Origin: Trichoplax adhaerens
Lineage: Eukaryota; Animalia; Placozoa
Assembly: GCF_000150275.1 (NCBI RefSeq)
Contig: NW_002060962.1
Coordinates: 372,001 to 436,000 of the forward strand
Reading direction: 5' to 3'
DNA length: 64,000 nucleotides
The notes beneath the pieces are model-generated. The model did no database searches, was not told the DNA's origin, and worked only from the letters and a program-made list of their open reading frames with translations. The number at the start of each line of letters is the position of its first letter. Positions within the stretch are counted from its first letter, which is position 1. Both the position numbers and the translations under genes were made by a program. Below, one piece after another: positions 52,910 to 64,000 of this stretch.

Positions 52910-55900
52910 TCAATTAAAGATAACTGTAGTTGTTCTTCGCCTGATCTTTCGAGCAAAGATAAGCAATCCAACCGTTGTTATAACTGCAACACAGCTTAAG
53001 GCAATAATGATGATACTGTAGAAGGACAGTTGGCCTTGATTATTCTGATCCATATCATCAGTTTTTATTGGTACTTGACTCGGAACTGAAGCTCGTGAAT
53101 GTTCATAATCAATTTGTTTCTCCAAATAGCCGTTCCAAAAATTGTTACCATTAGCATTATGTAATGTGATTATTCTCGATGGGGAATTGACACAATAATA
53201 TTGCTTGGTTGATTTTTTATATCGTGGCCAAATGAGATGGTTGCCCATTTCAGCGTTAGGCGATCTAGTTCAAGAATAAATGCAAACTTTTAAAACGATA
53301 CATGATACTGTAATTTAATAGCTAAAAACTGTTTCATAGCATTTTATAACTATAGCTATTAATTGATGATTAGAATACTGCAACAATCTTATCTTATCTC
53401 ACTGTAGTAACTTGTGATCAAGTAGATTTATAGTTATCGTATTTAATACCTTAGATCTTTCAAATGCTATTTAAATTTAAAGCTAATACCGCCAAATTTG
53501 ATTTATTAACAACATAATTCGTAACAGTTTAAATTTTAAATAATGACTGTCTTATGACAAATCTATTATTTCTACCGCAATGATTCTAACTCGAAGTTGG
53601 TTTGTAATCTTTATATTTTTTTATAGTTTTTACTTTATATAGTAGATTTACATTCGAGTGATTCTCCCGGAATTTAATGTAGATCGATTTACTTTATAGG
53701 CGTATGGGTTTTAAGTGGTCATTTTACATTCATTGCTTCATTAAGTATTCGTAACCGTCTGTTTTAAATGTTCTCTATGTACTACTAGTATAAATTTTGT
53801 AAATAGTTTTCCTTTTAAACTATTTTATTGTACTATTGAAGAGCAACGCCTAGTTTCTACTCGTAAATCTTAAATTACAGTATTTGTTTTATAAATTGTT
53901 TATAAATGTGAAGAGTAGAATTTTTAGCAGATTTTCCATTTCAAATCTTTCTTTTCGTCATTTGAGAGCAAAATTAAACTTGCTAAAGTATAATAACTGA
54001 CTGAGGATGGATGTTGCAACTGGTTGTAGAGATCGATGAGACTTTAGACTTAAAAAATTAGAGGTAGACGCTTGATAATGTAAATTATATTTAACTCACT
54101 CATCAGCGAATCTATAGGCTACTATATCTTTTAGCTGTTTAACTATCGAGCATATATATATCGAATATGAATGCGTACAAAATTTTGCGCTCGTTACTCT
54201 CACGTGATTAATCCTTTATTAATTTTCAATAGAAAATGTGAACCTTCATCGTCTATAAATCCTAATTACTACCGAAGAATATTAAGATCGCGTATACATG
54301 TCATCCAAAAAAATATGCTCGATAGACTTGTTGGTTGATTTCTAGAATTGTTTCAGAATAGATCTTGCGTGCATCAATTCGTTATGTAGCTGAAAGAGGA
54401 TCATCCATCTCCTTTATTTACAGCCCTTAAGCTAATTATTCGTTTATAAAAGAGCATCTAGCTGCGAAATGATATCATTGTACTCAATATTCTAGTATCC
54501 TAAGAACTCCTCTTTGATATTGATGATGAACGTTAAAACGAAATATAAGATCAATTTACTTTGGATAGATTGAAAAGCACCTAAGAGAAGTTCATTCAGC
54601 AATTAAGGTTACATTACCATTGCACTACTCTATGAAAAATCAATATACTACCTACCCATGATGGATAAAATTGCCCCATAATGACATTACTTCAAGGCTA
54701 ACTTGACGATCAGTCATAGTATAGGCGGTAGCATAGTAATTGGGTTTGGCGACGGGATAACCGAAAACATATGGTATCTCCATTGTATTACTAACGCCTA
54801 ACTGTGAAGGATAATATGGATCGGGATTGCTGCCACGATAGGAATATAAGTAGACGAAAGTACTGGTAGATGAATCTCTAGAATAAATGTTGGCGATATA
54901 CTCTGTTGGTGCGGCGTATAAGCTATCGGTTATTAATTTGTCAGCTTGTCGTAAATTGAATATTGGCGATGAAACATTTTGCCAGTTAGTATATTCATGA
55001 ATGATTGCTCGTCGTATTGCGTGATTGAATTCATCAAATAAAGTATCGATTAAGAGTAGGAAGATATCACGATGTATGCCTTGATTTTGATGTGGTAATT
55101 GTTGTATCAATTTAGCGCTATCATTTAAGTTATAACCAACGATTAAATTGACTTTCTTAAAATTGCCTTGATCAAGTAGAATTCTTGGGTGATCTCGTAT
55201 CAGTACACCATCGACTACATATTTAAAAAATCGCCAATATTGTTGGGTTAAAACTTTTTGACCTTGGAAAAGTTTCCGAGTGCTTAAGCGTTGTAAGCAA
55301 TTTACTTGTTGAGTAACGGTATGATTTTGACCCAGACATCCAACTTCTGCAACAAATAGACGAAAGATAGATCGAGCTTTATGGATATTAGACTCAATAG
55401 TATGTACCATACGTACATTGCCACTCTGTAGAATTAAATTATGGATATAATTATAACTTGATGGGATAAGGGTATGCAATTGAGCAGCAGTAGCACCTAA
55501 GCCATCGCCACCGACTGTTACTGCTCTAGGATTGCCACCAAAGTGATCAATATTGTCTTGTACCCAGCGTAGAGCAACTTGTTGATCAAGTAGAGCAATA
55601 TTAGCTGGAATTTGACGACCATGACTTTTTAATTCAGCTGTTGTTAGAAAACCGAAAACTCCTAAACGATAATTGAAGGTAACAACGACTACATTAGCTT
55701 GACTTGCTAACGTTGTGGCCATCCATCGACTACCACTTCCTTCTGTCGACGATGTTCCGTCAATCCAAACAAAAACAGGCAATTTATCTGTCTTATTTAA
55801 TGATGGTGTAAAAACATTTAAATACAGGCAGTCTTCATGGATATTAGCTTGAGCTGTAGTTGGATTAGTCCACGGAATTGGTGTTGGTTGAATACAGGAT

Positions 55901-56160
55901 GGCTTATATAAACGGGCATCGTAGCGTCGAATTCTTCCACTACTTTGAGGAATAGGTTGTGGTGCTTGAAAGCGGTATTTCCCTAATGGAGGTATAGCAT
56001 AAGGTAAACCAAGAAAGAATGATACCTGCTTACCATTGATTATTCCACTTCTACCGATAACATCGCCATAATTTGTCGTGACTATAACGCTAGAAAATGA
56101 TTGTGTTATTAACGAGTTAATAACGATGGAGAAGAGGATAAAAAAACTCGTTAGTTTCAT
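52910..56160 (-). CDS. Catalytically inactive carboxylesterase-fold membrane protein, neuroligin/CLAM-like (exons 56160-54656, 53264-52910; ~619 aa)
   Basis: Fold motifs are intact (GLPYA, EDCLYLNVF, NYRLG, DQQVALRWVQDNI..FGGNP), but the elbow is GDGLG, the oxyanion loop is WIDGTSS and the His motif is GVSNTME. TM followed by RKIRRRTTTVIFN. Confidence 0.88.
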
Positions 56161-58086
56161 AATTTGTCCACTTTTTAACGATGCCTACATGTTATAATAA
56201 TTTCATTTGTTATCATTATTTTATCTCGTAAGTAGCTAGTTATCGATGAATATGGTGGCCATTACAGTATAAAAAAAATATGGAATGCTTCTGGCCCTAA
56301 CAGAATGCGGTAATCTGTTTTATACTGAATTATTGATGATCCTCATAATGTAAATAGAGGTGATATATTTGTATGACATAGAAATTGCTGATATTTATGA
56401 TTCACAATCTCCATTTATAATTAAATAAGAATAATAGCTTCAGACAATTGAATAATATCAAACATATTGGTTCAATTTTAGCCAATCAATTTATTTTACA
56501 ATCTAAATTGAATCAATAATATTAAATTTTTATTACAATAAAGTAAGATTATTGTTTAACTTTCATACGTTTACATCAGTTATAGTCATGCTAAAAACAG
56601 ATTCAGATAAAGTGATATACAGATAGAAAAGGATGTACCTCTATTATCATACTTGTTAGCTAAACGAGATACTTATAATAACTGATTACATTATCAACAG
56701 ATTGCATTCGCTTTATTGTTTTTACCTCAGATACATGGTGCGACCTTGAGCGTTTACGTATAAGCTGAGTCTCGGTTAATAGTTTCATATGTGATGAAAT
56801 ATTCTGTTGTGTTACCATTATTTACTAAAATCTCTATTCTGTATGTATCTGTAAATGACACCAGAGCATTTCATACATTGTCATACTAGATTATTCGCCA
56901 TTAATAATAATTTCTGTTGGAAAGGACATCGTCCATGGATAATTAAGACCAAGATACTTTTCAAGGTAATCGCAACTTCCGTTATGATTGAATTCAATGA
57001 TATATTTCATAAATTAATTATTCGTTTAATTAGTTATAATTGCATCTATTCAACTCTATCTTGAATTTAAATAACACTGATATACTTGTATAAATAAGGT
57101 TGGCTATGGATCAATCAACACAACTGACAACAAGTTTGAAAAGGGTTATAGTCATCGCAATTGTGCAGCTTTAATCCTTGGTTAAATTGTCATCTAATAC
57201 CCTTGAAGTCTAATAATTCTTTTAAGTTATTATTCTGACTATAAATTGTCCTTACATGGAGTTCTTGGCCTATGAATTGCAATAAGACTTATTAATAATA
57301 CTACAACTATCTCAGAAAGAGACCATAGCTCTAATCATAGATCACCATGGGTCCGCCTCTGTACACAATCTGATATTTTTATTATAAATAACTATCCAAT
57401 ATCATGTTCAATGCACTGGCTTATCATAAGATAGGAAATAATAAAATGGTAGCTCATAAGGGATTTTATGAAAAATGATATTCATGATTTATTTAGATGA
57501 GTTGTTTCTAAATAATAAAAAACTCTTGTGGTTAAAGCTTAATAGGATAGTCGATTTTATGCATGATTTAAAAAGATTATGTATAGAGATAGCAGATGGT
57601 AAAGTGATAAGTAAAATTTAACGTAGCATACTTGTCAATGTATTAAATCTTACTGATCATGCTTACCTTGTTCTATTTGAGTTGACTTTTAATACAGTTT
57701 CTATCTGTGTATTTCGTATATTTGTAAAGCAAAGTAGTGAAATTATGATATAGTATAAGATTTAGGGCCGTAACTTGTGTAAATGAAAGATTTGTGTAGC
57801 AGCTAAAATAGGCTTATTAATATTTTTCAATTTTGCAGACCTTGTTAATCTTGTATTTCTTATTTATATATACTGACTTTGCTACGCCTTAGATTAATAA
57901 CAATATAATGAAATGATGAAATTGATATAAAATAAGATTTAAAATCGATGAAACGATGACGTGTAAACAATACGTGATGAAGTAGTAAAAATAGCTAATC
58001 CGAGCAGTACCTATTCAATAAAGTGAGTCTTGTTAATCAACTACGTTATATTTATGCTGATTTTTGTGCTACATATGACTAAAGCC

Positions 58087-58112
58087 ATATATATATATAT
58101 ATATATATATAT
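58087..58112. repeat. (AT)13 microsatellite
   Basis: Direct read of the sequence. Confidence 0.95.
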
Positions 58113-61107
58113 GTGCATCTTGCAAAATAAAGCGGAAAGTAGGAAATGAGAAATTTGAGGTATTTCATAAATTTAAAGAGCAATAACACCAGTAAGTGGT
58201 GAATGATTAAATAATAAAGTTAAAAACTCCCATACCTTTAATGAATATTATAGACCATGCCAACTATACACACTATCATCTATTTATGCCAATTTAAGGC
58301 GTATGTAAATTATGCGATATTCTATATTGTAAAATAACATTTGACATTACATAAAGAAATAAGGACGATAATAATTGTAAATAGATGATAAAGCTGATAA
58401 TAAAGTTAAGCATTCTTCCAATCCTGTGTAACAGATTTCAATAAGCAGGTACCGTATGTCTTATGTTATGGTGTTTTTGCCAACTAAAATGTAGTTTACA
58501 CTGTACAATATACATACTGCATGTATATTCTAGGTTATAACGTAAATTATAGTACTGTGCAGGATCTAAGAATGATAATATGTGTGAATAGTAAATGATA
58601 AAGTAGTGCATAAATCCAAACGCGGTTCTTGAATGCTTTAAATCTTTTTATGATATTCATATACGTACATGTATTTCATTTACGTGAATTTTTAAAGTTT
58701 ATAGATTCTATGTTTACGAGTATAAGGCCTCATTACGACATTAATCGTATTATATATGTCAAGTTAAACTAATGAATACTAAGGTAAGGTGGATTGACTA
58801 GTATTTATTACCCTATGAGATACCAGTATATTCCTATATACTGAATTCTGCAAGAGTAATCGAAGATAGATTTTATTTATATTTATATTGTACATTAGCA
58901 TAAAATCATGTTATGTTATATTTAATACGGATTAATACACCTTTGCTATATTCATTTCAAGTATTAACCCACTATTTCGAAATGAGAGGAATAAACTATG
59001 GACATAGTATCAATTACAGTTCGGTGCTTTTTATTATAAGGCATGACATATTTTTAGATCTTTATAGAGTAACTATCATTATATTATCATAGACATGAAG
59101 TTCACCCACATTATCGATTCGAAAAAGGAATGGAAACATTGCTGATTAGCGCAATTCATGAATAAAGGAGGTGATGAATACACTAATGGTATAATAATTA
59201 CTTGCACTGTGATGTAATGAGCAAGGAGCTATATTATAGCCATCAACTAAAAATAGAGGAGAAACTAGAGATTGTTTATTTATATGACGTCAGTTGAATA
59301 AAATATTCCTAACGCAGCCTTCTTAAACGATTACTGCATACCATGAGTAAATATCAAGCTCCAATTTTTTGTCCAAGCACTACATGATACGATTGTAATG
59401 AACATATTAGGAATGTAGCAAAAAGCTCCAAGACTAATTCTGTTCTCGCTTCAGATACTTTCTATATAACTTAATGAAATATATTGCTTCCCAAAGGCAT
59501 TTAAGTCATTCTATTATTGGTACTACACTGCTAAAAATTCAAAATCGTTTAATTGGACATGTTTTGATCCCGCAACAAAGCTCATGTGACATTTCCAAGA
59601 TAATGGCAGATATAAATAGATTTGAGAATCGCAAATAATGTAGCATATAGTAGTTAATCAACATAATTATGATGCTTATTTGATACGTAGCTGCTAAAGC
59701 TATGAAGATGTTATCATAAAAAAGTTCTTGCTAAGAAAATGTCTAAGTTAGAAAAGGTTCAGCATAAGATATCCTAGTTATGATATTCCTATAATTTTTG
59801 ACTTTAAAATTGAGTAGATATGGTCGTGAAAGTATCTTTATAAAACTCGTAAATACTAGACATGGAGATGATCCAGCATGCAATAATTAATTAAACATAA
59901 TCTAGTAATTATAAAATATTCAGCACCCGAAAACTAGCTGGTATAACTGCAGTTATACAGAAGCTGTTATTTAGTGGATCCTAAAATCGCAGAGAATCTG
60001 ATATATAGTAATTAATTAAACCATAGTTATGACACTTACTAAAGATTTGGTATTAAAACTGTACAACCATAGCTACAGCTAGCTCAATATTAGCTAGCTG
60101 TAATCATAGAGAACTCTTGACATTATTAATAAATTTGTATGATAGCTGATTTAATCTGGTTTTAAACCCTTTAGGCTCAAGGCTATATAACTGTACTACG
60201 CAAAAGCTCTTGTTGATGTTTATGATGGTTGATTGGATGCAATTTTCATACGCCTTAAGTATGCCAGTATACTAATGTATTGAAACTACACTTGAACTAT
60301 CATTTGATCATTTGCAGATATAAAAACAAAGAGAAGCTCCTACTAAGGGAAACTACTATATGTTATTATATTCGATCATTGTGAATTAATTGATAGTAAG
60401 CTAATTTAATTTAATTTTAAAGTATGGAATATAACCCAAAAGTAAAAGTATATCCTATCTTTACTCATTTTGTGTATGTTGGAAAATGATAGAACAGAAT
60501 CGAATAATTAACAGGTAGATCTAGATTTTATTCAAGTTCAGTCCATTGTTACGGTTCAATCCATTAGAACAACTAGATCTTTCATACTTTAATTGTTAAT
60601 TGAGAATGTATCATTGCAGTGTTTAATAATTTTGTCAAGTCGATTAATTTAGAACCTATTTATTCCTTGTTGTAGCTTGATCAATTTGATGATAAGAAAT
60701 CATTATATTTGACTGATTTCTTTACAGGCATAGTCATAGCATAATGATTAATAAATGCGTGATGAATTATTTCTACTGGTGATATCAGCCTACTATCAAT
60801 TGCACGTATAAAAAGTATTCGCATGATGAAAACTCTGTCGTGATAGTGCATAATTTATATGAAATAATAGACTCTATCTTGTTTACTTAAGTATTACTGA
60901 AAGCTTGTTATTGCTTAAAAGATTCACACGTATCCATAAATTCATACATATTGCTTGAATGATTATTATGTACAAACACAATTCATCCTTTTTGGTGTAT
61001 GGTATCATTGCACTCTCTGCATTTGCATTCAATTTATCGGAGATGCTAGATAATTGATAACGTATAATATCTTAGATATGCTACAATACATATAATTTGA
61101 CTGTCTT

Positions 61108-64000
61108 TCAAGCAACAGCTGTTTTAGATTTTTTTAATTTGATGATTAGAATAATGATAATTATAATTAACACTCCAATTATGCCAGCTAGTGCAAATGT
61201 ACAAATCATAAAGATTGTTTTCATCATTTGAATATCACTACATGACTGTGCTTGAGTGGGATAGCTTGTATCGTGAGTGGTAGTTTGAGTTCGAGTTGGT
61301 ATATCAGAAGTAGAAAGTGATGATTCGCTAAAATCTATTGGAAAAGGTGACATACTTCCGCTCCCAGTCACATCATCGTCGAAAGTAGAAGTGCTGTTTT
61401 CTATGAGGATTATAGGGGAAGAAAGATTACTTGATTGCGTTGTGGTAAAATTAGGGCTGTTCGTTGACAGATTACTTGGCTGAGTTACAGTGGAACAAGG
61501 ACTAGATGTTCCGATCTGAAGTGGAATGTTAATTTGCGGAATCAATGTATTCCAAAATTCCACTCTATCAGCAATGTAGAAACTGCGTATTTCAGAGTTC
61601 ACAGTATTAATATAGCAATATAAACGGGTATCTGCTACATAGGGCCGCCAGTTGATAGTTGAAACTCTTGATATTGGAGATCTGTAATTACAATCATTGG
61701 TCTTAGATATTTATCGAGCATTGCCAAATGGTAAAAATTAATATTAACACAGTGATTATTTAGGTAAAAATTTTCTGTGCTAGCTCAGACATCTAAAATC
61801 CACTATTAATTCTAAAGAAACATTAAATTGTCGTTATGGTAATTAGCCATCAGAATTTCTGATGACCTAGGTGAGACTACGAAGCTGTAACTTAAACTTA
61901 TAGCGATAAAAACTATCAGTCAAGTAATACAATCATCCGACAAGATTCTACTAAATATACCGTTCGTCTATGTTATGAAATTTTAAATCAGAATTACTTT
62001 TTCCATCTACGAGACTGTTTTGTGTTCCTTGAGAAAAAATAGACAGAACTACTGGAGTGTTACATCAAGTTTGATCTATTTTTAGTAATTATATTTATAC
62101 AAAAAATGTATCCGAATAAGGACTACCGTGGAAAAATATTAAATCAAGTCAGATCGGACAAATATGGTAGACTAGAGAAAAAACCTATGTCCTAATAGTA
62201 TTTCAGAAGCTAGGCGCAGACTTTCTTGTTAAGTATACCTAACTAATGGAACTTTGATTTTTAGCATGCTAATCTATGATTTGGGCCGTTTTTCCTATTT
62301 AAACGTTGTCCTCGATAGTTTGATACGATTAAAATAATCATTGATAAGTATTACTAAATGGAACTAGATTACTTGATATATGAAGTAGATTGCAATTCAG
62401 TAACTGATTTGAGTAAAAAGTCATAGCAAATCATGATGTGCTTAATATTAATTCGAGAACTCTTTTTTGCTGCAATCATAGCATGTCAAAAATTTTGTAT
62501 ATATTCAGGTCGGTACATGAAGTATTGTACAGCTATACTGCTAATATCCTTAAAATTAACTTCAGGATAGGCTTTGTGGAATAAATGCCATTATAGAATT
62601 AAAGTTATGTCAGCTCTAGTTGTCGAACAGTATTCCATTACCTTCTTTTCTTCTGGAGTTTATGTAGCTATAAGAAATAGGTAGGGAAATTATGACGTGG
62701 TCTTTTCGACTATACAGCAAAGGTATGCCTAATTTTAATAGGGCGGGACGCATATTAACGAAATATAACAAAACTGGCTGATTTGGAAGTTACGTTACTG
62801 TATATGTTCTATGATTTTAGCTGCCTGATTACACGTACGATTGGCATGAATTGTATGTACTTATACCTATAAATTTAAATAGTTGTAAAGTACACTATTA
62901 TAAAACTCGAATTAATTTTTTCGAATATAGCAGCAGCAAAAATATTCAAAATTGTTTTTATATCATGGACTTTAAGTCACATTTACGTTCGTTACGAGGT
63001 CGCTATATTTGTATCTGATGTCATCATTAAGTGATATACGATAGCTACAAACATAATTTTAAACTGGTCATGATTGTACCGTAAATTTTGCATGCTGCAT
63101 GGATAGTTTAAAGAAATGTAATGATATATTTCTAGTATCTGATCTGTAAAAGGATATTTAAGGATGATTTTGGCAGTCATTTAAACTAGTAGTTAGAGAA
63201 GTTGTGCCCTTAAAGAAGGTCTGTGGTATGAATGCAGCAAAGCGCCATAATTTAATTTGGATATTTGCTTACTGAAGTTTATTTGCAGTATTTATCGTAA
63301 CCAACATCATCAATTCATCAGATTATGTTTAAAGTTATTGTTATGGTGACTTGTAACTTTTCAACACATAAATTTAATCGGATAAACTAAAATGATCAAT
63401 AAGAAGCTTTAAAACTTTAAATACAAATGGAATTTACGATACCAAATCTGCCTGTAAAGACCACTTTATAGTTTAAACTGTACATTGAATCCGGTAATGT
63501 TATAGCAAATAGGCAGTATGCGTTTCTTTATTAGAAATTATGACTAGCCCAATTGCATACAAATGAAGTTATTGAATAGCCTTATTACATTAATGACTTA
63601 CCTATCATAGATAAAACTTCCCCAAAGTGACATTAAATGCTTACTAATTCTTTCTTCATGTTCAGTATAATTTAATTTTAAGTTATTGGGTTTAAGTAAT
63701 GGATAACCGAATACATAGGGAATTTCCATAGAATGAGCCACGCCATAATAGCTTGGAAAATAAGTATCACTTTCAGTTCGGTAAGCAAAAACGTACATAT
63801 AAGTAGTAACATAACTAGAATAAAGATTCGCTGTTTCAACAATGGGTTCAGCATAGTAATAATCATTGTATAATTTCTCATATTCAGCACGATTACTAAA
63901 TAATGACGTTTTATTTGTCCAGTCTGTGTATTTATAGATCATGGCTGATAAAGTGACGTTATTGAAATTGGAAAATTGTGCGACTATATTAGTTTTAAAA
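61108..64000 (-). CDS. Carboxylesterase-family copy 9, 5'-partial (exon >64000-63602, exon 61681-61108) with a long S/T stalk
   Basis: YKYTDW, GVAHSMEIPYVFGYP, LWGSFIYDR|SP, FWNTLIP, a stalk of ~100 aa, TM FALAGIIGVLIIIIIILII and tail KLKKSKTAVA. Confidence 0.85.

Noticed and set aside
9076-56160. Treating the ~500-aa ORFs as complete soluble proteins, or the stop right after the donor as a regulated switch
   Set aside because: The stops arise automatically from phase-2 GTAA/GTGA/GTAG donors, and each gene has a matching exon 2 with the conserved WP.Y and FWN/FFN motifs.

Overview
Eukaryotic, AT-rich animal genomic DNA with short GT-AG introns. The compact architecture and composition suggest a placozoan such as Trichoplax; this is inference, not a database result. 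The left end holds a 16-exon SF1/branchpoint-binding protein gene (-) head-to-head with a 3-exon CMC1 gene (+), separated by a TACAGT/ACTGTA-rich, partly triplicated promoter region. From 8.5 kb to the window end is a co-oriented (-) array of nine two-exon carboxyl/cholinesterase-fold (type-B carboxylesterase) genes plus one pseudogene, interrupted by an intronless RDH11-14-like SDR and a 135-bp palindrome-containing satellite. The esterases are predicted type-I membrane proteins (signal peptide, esterase domain, S/T stalk, TM, short tail) with an atypical GN/FSAG elbow and a Ser-Asp-His triad. One copy is catalytically dead and neuroligin-like, one loses its TM anchor through a 1-nt frameshift at an A-AAU-UUA heptamer, one has Gly->Arg in the oxyanion loop, and one has a long stalk with a GAG-attachment-like motif. 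Two related Helitron-like elements and many local tandem duplications lie between the genes.
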